Counted from the whole stretch's first letter, positions 23,721-38,280 are shown. The stretch is DNA of 63,879 bases, filler included, from Reticulomyxa filosa (GCA_000512085.1; 14 parts of 14 records of this genome joined end to end with filler, not necessarily neighbours in it), one strand, 5' to 3'. Numbers and translations: made by a program. The notes: generated from the sequence alone by a model not told the origin.

Positions 23721-24824
23721 CTATCTTTTACACAAGCAAATGAAAAGACACAGAACATCTAAAACAAGGTGATACCAAAAAAAAACGCAAAGTAGTAGTG
23801 GTTGATTCTCAAGTGTCCATGTCTTCACAAATAACCCAATCATTTGCATTGGTATCACTTTCACTGTTTTCTTCGTTTTCATTTTCATCACTTGACATGC
23901 CTTCGTCTGTCGGGAGCTGATAAGACAAAGAAGGGACACGTCGATTTCTTGCTTGTGATCCATCACCAACATTAAGATTGTCAAAAAAATCATCGTCACT
24001 GTTGCTGCCCTCCATTTCTTTTATTGTTTGTATAGCAACAAAAAACAACCTCACACCGTATTACATTTACCACATGCATCCCCTTCAAGAGTAGGCAACA
24101 CAGTTGATTTATTAGCTCTGGGAGGGCACGTTACAACATGTGCAACAATTTATTGTAAGCATTTGTTTCGAAGTTGGTATGTTAGGATTTTCAACAAAAA
24201 AAAACAAAAACAAAAAAAGTATACGTAAAGTAGTGTTTAATTGGTAGAATGAATACCTTGTCCTTCATTTTGGATGCTACAAGAATAAGAAGCAGATGAT
24301 TGATTGTCGACGCAGTCACTTGTATGAGCATTAACAATTTCATTAGTGACATCGACATTATGATTACCCAACACACCAAGAGACGCCTCTTCAACACCTT
24401 GATGAGATTCCTCTGTAGAAAGAATGCTTATGTTTGTTGCAGTTCCAATGGGAGTTGTGTCATGTGACTTATCGTCAGTCCCCCTGTTTGCACGTTCACA
24501 AACTGGAGAAGTGATACTACCAATATCGAACTCAACAAGAGGAGAATGTGCGTCATAATCAGCGTTTACCGGTGCTAAGTTTGAATTTGTTTCGTATTCC
24601 TCTTCTGGTTCACTATCAGTTATAGCATAAGCAGTGTCGTCGTCCTCATCATACGCACGACAGGATTGTGTAACACCATGTTGATATAAATGATTATATG
24701 CAGTTGCTATGTCAAAATGATAGGGTTGCGCACCAGTTTGATAGGCAAACGCGTTGCGTTGAGTCGTGTTTGGTGGTAAATTCTTTTTTTGTTGTTTGTG
24801 TTCGTTTTTGTTTTTATAAAACAT
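23721..24824 (-). CDS. Hypothetical acidic, disordered protein (multi-exon)
   Basis: ORFs 24237-24824 and 23809-24054 have D/E/S/N-rich composition and plausible splice sites. Confidence 0.4.
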
Positions 24825-25422
24825 CTACAAATCAATTGAATTGTTTCTTAACAGCGTTTCGCGAAGTAAGTTGAAGGCGCTGCATTGTTTGTGTACGCGA
24901 AATATATAAATAGACAAAATAAAAATAAAGATTTAAAAATAAAAAAATTAAGAAATTAAAACCCCAGCTAGGCCGTGTTCTGTCGCCACACGAACACTGC
25001 TTTAAAGTAGCATAGTCTTCATAATGTCATAGCTTTACGAAATATTATTCAATATTTGTGAAAAAATTTCCGAAAAAAAAGATAATTTTGTATGTAAAAA
25101 AATAATCAGAACGAAATATCATAAATTCAAAATAAGGTGCCATTTAGGACAGAGTAGTCCCCAATTGAATGAGAAAAACAATCAAAGCTTCACAGGAAAA
25201 AAGAAAAAAAAGGAAAATGCAAGCGGAAAGAGGAAGCCTAAAGTATGGTGTAAAATGAGCGAGACTTCTTCGTTACATCATTTATTCTTATGTGTCAAAT
25301 ATCTCAGACTTGAAAAAAGCAAAACAAAACAACAACAACAAAGAAAGAGCTGTTATCACCACTTTTTTTTTCTCCCTACTCCTTTTGTTCAATTCCTCCG
25401 TTCCCTCATTTGCAATTTGCTA

Positions 25423-28291
25423 TTAGCTGTGACCGTGCAAGTCAATGAGATATTGCGACAATTCTAGCACTTGTTTTTCCAAAGTTTGCTTGGCTTTCAG
25501 CAGTTTGACATATTTGATCCTCCATTGTATTTCGAGTGAAATATCACAGTCGGAATTATATAACACGACATCATGGTCTTTTTTCTCTTCAATATTTTCA
25601 GCTTTGTTATCCTGGGCTTGCGTTTTGAAGCGAGCCATTTCTTGTTCCATCTCTTTATTCTTTTGCTGGATAGTGTGCAACTCCCTCTGAAGTCGGACAA
25701 TCATTGTGTCTTTCTCTTGAAACTGTCTTTTCATCTCTTTATCAATGCAAACATACACAAATCAATACATTATATATTATCGACTGTATTTTAATTTAAT
25801 AAGAATAGCTTACCTTCGTACTCCTTGACTCTATCAATACTATTGTCCATGAATTTACGCAACTCAATGGTCTGTCTTCTTTGTTCATTTAATTTGCTTT
25901 CGTATTCATCTCTCAATTCATCCATTTCTTGGATCAAACGAACATCGGATACTTTTTTCATATTGTGAAAAGCACTATTTGTGTTTTGTAGTTTCTGTTC
26001 CATGGAATGTCGGAGTTTTCGAATTTCGTTTTCATGAGTCAGCAATAGTTCTTGCTTTTCAGCTTTTAGCATTTTCACTTCCGTTTGTAATCTTTCAACG
26101 TCTCGTTTGGATTCTCGTAAATCACTTAGACTCACCTGTCCCTTTCGTAGCAACGGCTCGTTTCCGCGCAGCGATATTTTCCCGAGCTGTTCTTTCACTC
26201 GCTTCAGCGTATCTTCAATTTCAGAGTGATATTGACTCACGTCGTTGCTGTTGAGCAAATTGGCCAGCTGCAAGCGCAGGTGGTTCAATACCGCCACGGG
26301 ATCTTGAGGAGAATGACCTCCGATATTTACGTGCACGGGTGAATGCCCGTGGTCCAATGGAAGTCCACGTTGTTTGCATTTTTCCATTAATTCGTCATAT
26401 TTCGACTGCAATTCCTGGAATCTGTTTGTGGTTGTATTTCAACACGTCGATTTGCTTTGTTGATTGTTTGGCTGCGTGTGTATGTGATGTATGTTACCTA
26501 TTCTTTTGATCGATCAAGACGTTCCAAGACTTGGACTTTAAGTCGTCCAAAGTGTTTTCATGGGCGAGTCGTAAGTCTTGTAATCGTTGCAATAAAAGCT
26601 GAGTGTCTTTTTCTGGCAATAGTTTCTTTTGATAGCAATACTGTTTCAAAATGTCTTGCATTTGATACACTTTGGAAGGCAATGCGTCTTGTTGAAAGGT
26701 GCCTTCACTCAATTGTGATTGGAATATTTCTTTCAATTCCAATGTCAGTCGACGTTTGGTTCGTCTTTGTTGAACCGAGTTCATTAGAGTTTTTTTTTCA
26801 TCGTTTGAATTTTTGTCATTGTCGTTGTTTTTTTTGGACTGACGTTATTGTTATTATTATTATTGTTATTATTATTATTGTTATTATTATTATTGTTCTG
26901 ATTAGTCATTACACCTTTAGATGAAATAACAGCAGTATGGTCATTTGCAGGCAGCACTTGCATAATGCCTGTGGAGAGCAATTGCTGTTGAGACGGCCTT
27001 TGTGAAAACTTGAGTTCCAATCGCTTCAATCGCTCTTGACGATTTTGTCTCAAGCGCTCCAATGCTTTGGACAGATTTTCGGTTCCGCCCATGGGGATTA
27101 TTCCACGCTTCTCCAACTCGCCGACCGTTGGACGAATATCTTGGGATAACTTGCGCTTCAGAACGTGTTTGCGATGGCTTTTCAATGAGTCTTGTTGCGA
27201 CGGCGGTAACGAAGACAAGATGTTCTTTTCTTGCAGATCCGATTCATTTGGCCTTCGTTCCAAAAACTCTTCGATCGTTGAACTTTCCAATATTTTCGAA
27301 GGAACTCGCCTTTTTTGTGGCTTTTTTTGTATTGATATTTGCATATGTGTACATACATACACATGTATACATGTAGCCATAGTCATATGGATAAACACAA
27401 CAAAGAACGCAGATCAACCAACCCGTCTTCTCTCCGTTGTGCTTGTGTTTGAAATTGGACTCGCATGTTCATTTGTGTTGGAGTTGTTCGGTAGACCTGC
27501 CATCAAACGCATTGGAGATGGCGATCGTGCTTTTGTATTTTGATTAGTATTTATCATATTATTTTCTGCTGTTTTAATTCGCCGACGGCCTCGAACTATT
27601 ATTCGTTTGCTGCCATTATTATTATTATTATTATTATTACTAGTTGTAGTGCTGTTAGCATTATTACTTACATTCATATTTGTATTAATCTTTGCATTTG
27701 CATTTGTATTTGTATTTGTATTTACATTTGCTGTCACATTGGAATGCTTACCAGTGTTTGGCTCATTAATTGTTTTGTAATCTTCCATTGTTAATATATC
27801 TTTTTCTAACAATGCCTGGGGGGAAGGCCTTGTGACAAATTTTGTATTCAAATTCGTTACATTGCGTTGCTTTGCGCTTTCCAATACCCATTGGACATTA
27901 CTATTATCCTATTTGTTTTGCTTTACTTTGCTTTGGCATTTCGTATTACCTATTCTCAAAATAATAACAAACTAAACTAAACTGTCTCTGGGCTTAGTAA
28001 AATTCCTCTGTCGAGTAACTCTTGTTTTTCGGGACGAAATTTGTTTGAAAGCCGTTGGTTTAGCTTATATTTTACTTGTTCCTTTTCTTCCAGATCTGAT
28101 TGCTTAGGTCGTTGTGACAACATCGTGTTTGTTCTATTCGCCGGTTCCTGCTTACGCCTCTCCTCACCATCGGTCCCACTATTGTTCTTAGAACGATACC
28201 GATATCTTGATTGATCGTTACTATTTATATTATTTGTTATTGGATCAGGTTGTCTTGATGATGGGAGGGATTGGTCATTGCCAGAACTCAT
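25423..28291 (-). CDS. RPEL-repeat (G-actin-binding) protein with a C-terminal coiled coil, multi-exon
   Basis: RPEL-like motifs LSQRPKQSDLEEK, LSNKFRPEKQELLDRGIL, FVTRPSPQALLEKDIL, FLERRPNESDLQEKNIL, LSQDIRPTVGELEKRGII and FSQRPSQQQLLSTGIM; coiled-coil exons at 25423-26784. Confidence 0.85.
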
Positions 28292-28638
28292 GCTTATTTT
28301 TTGGACTATTGAAAAATTACAAAAACTTGCACGCAGCACAGGAGGAGCCACACTCCAACTTTGGTTTTTGTTTTAGTCAATACTTTGTAACCATTTCATC
28401 TTCTGAGCCTTTTCCAAATAGGGTGAAGACAAGAAATATTGCAAAGCCATCAATAGACTGTCCGTTCTTGCGAATAACGTTTTCGTTTTTTTGTCTTTCA
28501 AATGCTGATAATTCAACACATAATCTGAGTAAAAAAGGTATTACAAACTTAGAGCAAGTTACATATTAACTCAATAATACAAAAAAAAGAAAAAAACATG
28601 CACGATAGAAAACAAGACAAAAATGGCATCGAATGCAA

Positions 28639-31600
28639 CTAAAACCCTCGAATGACACCCTGTTTGACCATCCTCTTTTTCAATTTCTTGCCCACCATTT
28701 GGAAAGTATTGGTGTCTCTGGCCTGTTCCATCAAGCTTTGATATTCGTGGACCCATTTTGCCTTGGTCTTGGCTTCGTGTTCTTTCTTGCGTTTGACGCG
28801 TTCGGCCATAATGAATTGTGTGTCTCTGGTCAATTCGCGCATTAAAGAGCGTTCTTGTTTGCGTTTTGCCTTCTTTAATAATCTAAATTTCTTCTTTTCC
28901 AAATGTTTTTCGTTTTTGACTTTCAAGCGCAGGAAAGTTGGTTTCAAGTCTGGATCAAATTCTGGTTCTAACATTTGCAATGGTATTCGTCTGCGAATGG
29001 AATGCAAAGGTCTTCGACACAACGATTGAGTTACTGCTCGGTGATATATTTGTCGGAACAAATTGTTATAAAAGTTTGCAAATTCAGTTCCATTCGAATG
29101 AGATAGAATCATGGTCTCATGTTTTTGGAGAAGGTCCAAAAAGGGTCCAAACACCTCTGTATAGGCCAAAAAGTTTTTCCACATTTTGTGACTTTGTTCC
29201 AACAAAGACAAGGTCGCATATAATAGTTGCGATTTAAAATCACGGGTTTCAAACACGCGAGGATGAGCGTTGCTTGTCAAAAAGATCCACCGAATAGGGA
29301 GTCTTGATCCGCGTTCATTGCTTGCTATTTCATCTTTTGCTGATTCATTCTACGCATTTGCGAACAAAAAAAAGTTTTACATATAAGAAAATTTCTATTC
29401 CCTTTTTCCTGACATAAAAATAAAATAAAAGGTAAAACACACACACTCGAATATTCCAAATATTGGATCCCGGTTTAAATAAGAAATACAAGTCATCAGT
29501 TTCTTTTAAGAGATCGAATTGATTTTTGATTAGCTCATTGCTGTTCATAAAGCCTGCTCTCATCAAATTGAACAATCCGCGAACGACTTCCGGCACATAC
29601 CTTTGTCTCTTTTCCACGATTTCCAAGACCAATTGGATGCAGAAGATGTAGCACAATACATCTCTGCTTCCTTGAATAGGTATTTGGGTGATAATTTTGT
29701 TCAAAATGAGCAACACGCACGCCGTGAGATTGTTGTTTTTACTATCTTTCGGAAAGATGTGAGCAATGGTTTTCAAATAGAAGAGCAAGTATCCCGATGG
29801 CATAAACGAAATATCTGTCTTGTGTTCTTTGTCGACGCCATTCGAAGGCGAAAACAAATGTTGATTAGTCTTGGGATCGTAGTAGTCGTGCAAATGCGTG
29901 GATATATTGGACAGTTTATTTTTATGGCATTGATAGGCATAGTCGGAAACATCGTGCGACAATGCAAACAATGTGCGGGTCATGACATCAATATATTGAT
30001 AAAATGAGACATTGGCAGGATCGCTTGTATCTGCTTTCGGTTCAAAGTGCGTACAAAGAAGTTTCAAGTGTTCCATCAGCATATCATACAATCGAATAAT
30101 TTTCCCACGATTTTCTGATTGCAATCGAACGTGGTTTGTGCCCTATGTCATTGAACACATTCACATGTGTGTTGTATGTTGTGTGTATAGAAGCACACTC
30201 AACTCTCATACGCTTAAAAAGCGTGAGCTGTTCCTCGGGAGATTTGTCCAGAATCAACTCTTCAAATTCTTCAAATGTTTCTGGTATTGTCAATAAAAAT
30301 GGAATGTCTCTCAAATTTGACTCTCCGATAATGTCATTTTTGCCACGCAAATCCAGCAGATTCCATTCTTTGTTCACAGCGTTGTTGGCTATCTTTTCTT
30401 TTGAAGCGGATGTCGATCTCGTCCCAGTCCTTGGTCGACTCTTTTTTCAACTCTTGTTTCTGTTTCTTCAATTGTTCTGTCTCCATTTCCTCTTTCAACT
30501 TCATTGTCTCCAATACATTGCGATCATCTCCCACTGGCTCTGCCTTCAAAATTGCGTCTTCAAATTCACTATTCTCTTCGTTTTCTTCTTCATTTCCTTC
30601 TTCTTCTTCTTCCTCTTCTTCATTTTCTTCTTTTTTGTCGTCATCATCTTCCTTTTCCTTATCAATCTCCTCTTCATTGTCTTCCATGAGCTCGACTTTC
30701 AGCTTTGGCTTTTTTGGCATATATCTTTCGTCGATTTCAAAGTCCAGCTCCTGCATGCCGTCCTTGTCTTCCACTGCATCAAACATCTCGATAGTGCTGT
30801 CGCTCTCACTGAGATCGGCATCTCCATTGTCTATTGTTTTGTTGTTTTTTTCAAGTCATATCACATAACATTTTCCATGGAAGCTCCTGTCTTTCGTGTT
30901 TTTGTTCTGTTTCATTGGTATCGTTTGTTTGCAAACCAGTGAAGACAGCATCGCGTTTGGGATGTTGGTACTTTTTGATATGTTCAAATTCGTCGTTTTC
31001 ATTCATTTGTTGATCTTCGTCGTTTGAAGAAGACTCACCGCTTTGCTCCGCCAATGCAAACGCATTTTCCATTGCGTGGAGTTGCTTCAGATCGTTTTTG
31101 TGTTGACTCATCTCTTCGTCTTTTTCACTGTCATGGATCGAGTCTTTTTCTTCATCTGTCGATCTCTCCTCCTCATTATCGCCATTCTCGTTTTTATTTT
31201 TTGCTTGTCGACTTTGGGTTCTCAGCTCTCTTTTTTTGCAAATTTTTTCTCAATTTTTCTCAATACTTTTTTTTTTGGGCTTTGCTTAATTTGTCATCGA
31301 TTTCAATTTGTTGTTTCAGCTCCTCTTCTTTTTCCTTATCACTTGCCTCGCTTCCTTCGTCCAATGCGCCCTTCTCTCGTCTCTTTTCCAGTTTTTCGAG
31401 CTCTGCGTACATTCCCTTTGCTTTTTCTGCGACACTCATTTGTGTACCTGTCCATTTCATTTTCAATACATACATATATGTATATATGCATATATGTATA
31501 TTTGTAAAACAAAAATAAGTATGATTTCAAACAAAATAATTAACGGTCAGCTCGATGTCGAACGTCATTTCTCAATTCCTCTTCGGTGATACCAAAGTAC

Positions 31601-32670
31601 AACGAGTCGTTTTCAGAATTGGTCGAATGTAATTTCTTTTTGGATTGCAAGGACGACAGTAGGTCTTTCACTTCTGCAAATTGGGCATCAGTTTGCTCGG
31701 TGACGTGGGCAACAGTATGCATTTTCAATTGTTTCATTAATTTGTGATAGCGCGATCGCAATACATTTACTTGCGTGATTTGATATCGTGTTTTGTTTTC
31801 ATGTTTTTGTGGCAAGTGCGCCTCCTTCAAAATGTCTTCCAATGTTTTTCCATTTTTTATCATTTCCATCATTTGCTTATTGTTCAAACTCACAAACTCC
31901 GTCGCATTGTCGTCTTGTGTTGTTCCATTCAACTCTTTTGTTATCACACTGTCAATGGACTTGCCTAAACCACACACACACACACACGTATACATATATT
32001 CGATATATGCATATCATTATGCGAATGTGTTCATTCAAAATGCCAGAGAACGCATACCTAAATGTGTCAATTGCTCATTGTTTTGCGTGGGGAAATTGTC
32101 ATTTTCGTCGTCCAAGTTAAAGCGCTGTTGTTTTTTTTTGGTATTTTGCAATCGCTGCGTGTGAATTCGATTGAGCAAAGTCTCAATCTTTTTTTTTTCA
32201 TGTGCAATCGCGTATGGTGATTTGCTTGTTCCTTCCGCGCTTGTTGTGTTCAATCTCTCCAATTTTTCTTCAATCGGCGCTTCATATCTTTTGTCCACAA
32301 ACTCGTTAAATTGATTGTTTTCTATTGCATCAAACTCTCGCAACAGTGATTGCTTTCTTCGCTCAATGTTTCGCAATTGCGTTTGTCCTGGCTTTTTCAC
32401 TGTCCCTTTCAATCGTTGGCCTATCACAAGATTTCGAAAATTCTTTCCTGGTATTGTACTAAATGGATTATTCGCTATTTTCTTCTCTCTATCCAGAGAC
32501 CGTTTTGCTGCTGATCTTTCTGTTTTACATTTTGTGTTTAATTAGCACGTACAAAACAGTTACAAGGACAACGCTACTTATACTACTCGTTACACACAAA
32601 AGTAAAAAAATACTCAGCTTTGAGCAACTTTACGGGGATCTGGTTTTCTTTTCTTGATTGGCTTCGGCAT
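28639..32670 (-). CDS. NOP14: Nucleolar protein 14 (SSU processome), multi-exon
   Basis: NPFS...GQRLKG...RRKQSLLREF...NEFVDKR, RFNLDDE...LTHLG, IPFLLTIPETFEEF, RYVPEV, RRPL...IPLQMLEPEFD and ERSLMRELTRDTQFI, with a central acidic tract. The start codon assignment is tentative. Confidence 0.85.
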
Positions 32671-32916
32671 GATTATGTTTAATCCAATAAATGGGATACC
32701 AATTTAATAGTTCGGTCATTTTTTCGTTTTGAAGTTAAAACTACGGATTGCACATGCTTTCGTTTATTTTGATTTTTTCAACAACCTTAGTTTACTTTGT
32801 GTATGGTAATTGTAGATTATGAACCTTGACTTATGCTAATATCAAGTAAAGCGATATACAAATAAAATCAAGACGCTTTTGTCCAACTGATTTTTGTTCT
32901 TCTAATTCTTGTTTAG

Positions 32917-34800
32917 ATGGATACCGATCCTGTTGATAATACAAATCGCAGTGGCACAATGAATTTTGTTCCACTTGTAACACAAAAAGGACAGCAAGAG
33001 CGCAAATTAGAATCGTTCCGGTCTTTACAAGACGCCTTAAGAGTACAGAGAAGTGAATTACAAAGACGTTGTGACTTCATGTTATCTCGGCAAAAAAGTG
33101 AAATAACACGAAATTTTGAAATGGAGTTAACCAAAGTAAACGAAGAACTGAAAAATTTGAAATCTCAGCATAAAATAGAAATGGAAATGTTTGAGCATGA
33201 AAAAAAGGATTGTGAGGAAAAGTGGAAAGAAAAATATGAAAAAGAAGTGAATACACTAAGGTGAGCAATTAATTTTTAAAAAAACAAAAATAAATTTTTT
33301 AACGAGCGACAAACGGCAAAAGGCTGTCTACAAAAAAAAAAGAAATGAATTTAATAATGCTATCAAAGAAAAAGATAAACTTATTGACCAACTTCAGAAG
33401 AATGGATACGAATTGAAACAAACATTTGAGCAACAACAAATAATGCAAGATCAACACAACACGAAATTGGAGAAAATGGCACAAGAACACGAAACAAAAA
33501 TGCAGATAATTTGCAATGAATGCCATGAACAACACGCAAAGATAATAGAAAAAGTCCAAGACGACGCAAAAGTATCTACGCAAAAACTATCAGAAGCAAA
33601 TACGTCATGTCAAATTTTGGAAGAAAGGCTATGTGCGATGGAAACGTCTCAGGAACAAGTAAATTGTAGTTTTTTCCTTTTCTGTGCACGCCAACAAAAT
33701 TTATTAAACCGACAGCAATTTTCGATCAATACAATAATACTTAGATAGTTGCAGATTCTGTAAAGATTTCGAGAGACCTTAAAAACGACGTAGTTCATTG
33801 GATGCATCAGCAAGAGCAACAACTTTCCTTTGCTTTGAAAAAAAGGATATTTTCAGCGTTTGGTATTTATTTTATGTTTGTAGTAGAATTTTCGGGGGCA
33901 AATATAAAATACGCATTTAAATCAGCAGCCATAATGAACACGAACTGAAAAAGCTAAAAACTGAAGCGTCTGAAAAATTGAGACAAATGTCAGATAAGTG
34001 GCTTCGATTTAATAATATAACCCAAGTTATCTATCTTAAAAAGAATGATAGACATATACGTTTTTTACATATTGAAAACGTGACATGATTCACTTTATCA
34101 ATTTTAAAAGTAAAATTTTGCTTCATTGTTAACTGACACAAAAATATAAGGAGATGAAAAATCAATTCGAGGTCGTTGTGAGTAACAAAGAAAAAATAAT
34201 AAATGACTTAAACAATAGTATAACAGACAAAAAGCAACAAATTGATCAAAAAATCATTGATATGATGGAATTAGAAGATATGTTTCAGGTTCATTCTGAT
34301 AAGTGTACTTGTTTTATACTCTTGTGAATCTTACTAAAACTCATTATCTTAATAAAAAAAATGAAACAAAAAGGAAAAAAAAAATGAATGGAATGCAAGA
34401 GAGATAAAGTTACAAAGTGAACTGTATGCTTTTCAATACAACAAAGATCATTTAGAAGCACAAATAACTAAATTAGAAAATGAAAACAACACTAACAAAA
34501 AAAAAATTGAAGAATTGCTTGAAAGGGTATCAAAATCTGAAATATTGGTACAGCATTACAACGATACAATCAGTTTTTTGAGACAGGAAGTATCAACGAA
34601 AGATATTGAATTAAAAAACGTTTATCAAGAAAAAGAAAAAAATAAATATCGGTTACAAATTTCAGATAAAGAAAAAAATACTTTGATAAAGTAAGAATAT
34701 TTTTATTGTTATTTAAAGAACACAGCCAATATAAATATTGTAACTTTTTTGTATAGAGAAAGACAATTGCAACAAAATGAACTACAGAAGCAAAAGACAG
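32917..34800 (+). CDS. Hypothetical coiled-coil protein, multi-exon, divergent from NOP14
   Basis: E/K/Q heptad-rich exons at 32917-33264 and 33413-33660, with further blocks to ~34800. Confidence 0.5.
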
Positions 34801-35649
34801 TATCGTTAGTCAAGAGACAACATCAAAAACAATAATCAAATTTAGAATATATAACAATGCTTTATATGATTTGAAAATCAAAACACGTATTATTAGGATT
34901 AATACAACGATCAATTGAAATTGACAAATAAGTAACTTTTCAATTAGTGACAATCAAAACTATATGATCGTATAATATAATACTTTCTTTCAGCAATTAA
35001 TGTAATGCTTTAAACATAATATTAACAGTTAGACGTAGTGTTCTAAATTATAGATATATTTTACAATAAGAAAGTATTCATTCAAATTATAACAACAAAA
35101 TATTTATTATTAAATAAAGCAAGTTTAAGTATACAACAAAATGAAGAAAAGATGAATGAATAGATTAAATTTGAAAATATTTATAAATAAGACAGTATAT
35201 GTGTTCAAACACAAACTATAGTTGACGCAAATAAATGCAAAAGAACATAAATCAGAAAAATCAGTGATTAAGTTTGTTGTCAAGATATTGAAAGACAATA
35301 ACATTCAGATTATATATTCAATTGTGAAAGATGAACTATTTGATAAGAATAAGTAAAGATCAAAATCGCATTTCAAGTAATGCAGGAAATACTATAAGTT
35401 AAAACATATTACTAGTTAATGCTAGAAGAAAAGCAAAATTTGCAAATATTGATGAGTGGTAAATCATGAAGCATAAAAATGTATTCATAAGAACATATTC
35501 GCTGTGTATTAGTCGTAAGTCAAAGACAAATAAAAATAAAACTGAAGCTGATTAAATAAATATATAAAATGAGAATTAGAATAGATAAAATAAACATTAT
35601 ATTAATACAATACTTATTGCAGTCTATAAATCCAATACTGTGGCGGAAG

Positions 35650-37800
35650 TGGGAATCAAAAATCGCGTAAGGCTTAGGAATATGCACAATGTTTTCTTTC
35701 TTCTATGCAATAGGCATATATCACATTAGTAAACTCAACACAAATAGGAATATCAATGACTCAATCATTGTATTGCCAACATTTTTGCGCATTTGATTGA
35801 GCTTTGTAAGGCGAAAATGTATAATAGACTAAATAACTTATTCTTTTGTAATATCACTATGATGAATATAACTTAGACAAATGAAATTATAAGTTAATCC
35901 CAATGGTTTTGATATTGCGACTTGTGTTTCCTTCATGCAGCGAATTGATGACGTTTTTCTAATTTCAAATTTCTGTAGAAATTGCTTGACAGCTATCTTA
36001 TACAGCATCGAATTTCTTGGTGTTCTTTGTTTACAAAATATGTTCTTGATCTTTGAACTATATTTAGTAATCGACATAAACTGTCCGCAATGGTTTGCTG
36101 CCTTTCCAAATCGTGTCGCTTTTCCAGCTTCAACAGCACATTTGGCCCAAGATTCAATTGCTTTATCCAAAGAATCTTGATCCCGATACAATTGGACCAA
36201 TAGATTTAATCTAATTATCAATATTCATTTTCAATCTCAATCTGAACTGTTTACATTATTACTTCTCAGATTACAAGTCTAAATCTTTTGTTGTTCAATA
36301 AGTGGTGAACACTACGTAATTTTAATATTGAGCGTGATTGAGAGATCTGATTGCACACCCAATTAAATATAATCAGTTCTCCAATTACTATTTAATTGAA
36401 GAATAGCGATGAACATAATGTAATCAATGCTTAATATCGCATTGTTTTTCATGGACGTGCAGTTAAATGGAATTATTGATAATATATATAATCCATTGGA
36501 TACAATGGAATCAAGAATACTATCACCAACATCGTCGATTCTACAATGCCGATGATGAGTATTTTACTATATTCCAAGGACAATATATTCAGTAATTTTC
36601 ATAGCAAATTGTAATTCTTGCTTAAATACTTGAATATTGAAATGATTACACTGCAAATTTCGGTAGAAATTGCAGAACAATAACGGTTTCTCTTGATCAG
36701 GACATGAAATTTCCACCCAACACAATTCATAACCAAATACAGTATAATGCAAAGTAAAGTTGACACCTAAAATGGCACTTTATAGAGATGATTGATTTTC
36801 TACATGAAAAAACAACATTCAGACATAATTTTTTTAAAAAAATATCTACAAATCGTGTACCTTTTAAATATCATTTTAGTTTTTTATTAAATCTTTACTA
36901 ATTATTTCAATATTTTATCTTTTGTTTTTCTTTTCTTTTTTTTTTTATTTAAATGTAATTCCATACTTGAGTTTGTTAATTATTTTTTTGAAAATTGCAA
37001 AGGATTGAGAATTTTAACAAAAGATGTGCTATTGAACTGTTGCACGTGCTGGAGTTTGCGCAAATTGCAAATGTAAGTCATGAATGTGTGCGTAAATGGA
37101 AGCTGATGTTGATCATAAAAACATCAAAAATTGGTAGTGGAAGCATAATCGTGTGGTCTTGCTTTGTAGTATTAGGACCTGTTTATGAATGTAACATTAA
37201 TTGATGTGTCAACACAGATATTTACAAAGAAATTCCAGGTGATGAAATGATCAGAAAACATTAATTGGGGTTTAGAAGATAATGGAAATTGTATATTTCA
37301 GCAAGATAATGCAACTAGCCACATAAATTACAGCAAAAAGATGATTTGAACAAAATGCTATCAAAGTATTGAATTTCACTCCAAATTTTCCAGACCTGAA
37401 AATCTGTGATTCAAAAATCAATAAATTATTCAAATTTTTTAAACAATTAGAAAAGGTGTAATAAAAAACAAAAATGATATTTAAAAAGTACACGATTTGT
37501 AGATATTTTTTAAAAAATTATGTCTGAATATTGTTTTTTCATGTAGAAAATCAATCATCTCTATAAAGTGCCATTTTAGGTGTCAACTTTACTTTGCATT
37601 ATACTGTACGTTGAATGTATCAGGCATGTTATTGAATGATAGTGATGAATGCAAATCTCTTCGACACAATACTTCAGATCTTCCTGTCTCACTCCAGTGA
37701 TGAACATAAAGATCTGGAAATTATAATTGATATCATTCTTCTCTGATCTAAATCCTTCTTGCAATAAACAGATAGGAGGCTGCTTCTCAAATGTGCAGTG
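35650..37800 (-). mobile_element. Degenerate LINE ORF2 (AP endonuclease then RT N-terminus), interrupted by a Tc1 element
   Basis: PPICLLQEGF (APE QE motif, ~37750-37785); DTFNV|FGYELCWVEI...FCNFYRN...YIVLG; RT piece FSPYKAQ...MIESLIFLF...KKENIVHIPKP (~35670-35820) homologous to 17307-17672. Confidence 0.75.
36740..37606 (+). mobile_element. Internally deleted Tc1/mariner transposon with ~145-bp terminal inverted repeats and a TA target duplication
   Basis: TA|CAGTATAATGCAAAGTAAAGTTGACACC... at 36740 and its near-perfect reverse complement ending ...GCATTATACTG|TA at 37606. Internal remnants read KIGSGSIIVWSCF...GPV, IFQQDNATSH and PNFPDLK. Confidence 0.93.
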
Positions 37801-38034
37801 GCAACTAAAGAATTATTCTTATACTGATGCTGACAAAGGACAAGGATTAAATGGAAACGAAAGTAAGAATAGACCTCAGACCAAAGAAAAAGACCAATAG
37901 AAAGAATAATGAAGATCAAAGGCTGCAGAATAAGAAATCTGATGATGACGAAATTCATTGCTAAGATGTGAATTGACAAAGGTTAAATCAGCATTCCTGC
38001 AATTACAATCATTATTGCAATCAATGTCTCCATG

Positions 38035-38280
38035 CTAAGCATAATCAATTGCTTAAGAATGGTGGCAAAGCAATTATTGATTCGTTGGTATTTCTATTTG
38101 TATGGAGTTTCCGAATGGGATATATGCCAATTGAATGGAAAAAGGCAAACATTGTGCATATTCTCAAGACTGACAGAGATTATAGTCAGTACAAGAATCA
38201 CAGACTAATTGCATTATTATCGAGTGTTGGTAAATCGATTTAAAGAATCATCACAAGGAGATTAATGTGGTGGTTGAATG
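38035..38280 (+). mobile_element. LINE RT fragment (same family as 17307-17672)
   Basis: HNQLLKNGGKAIIDSLVFLFVWSFRMGYMPIEWKKANIVHILK...HRLIALLSSVGK. Confidence 0.85.
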
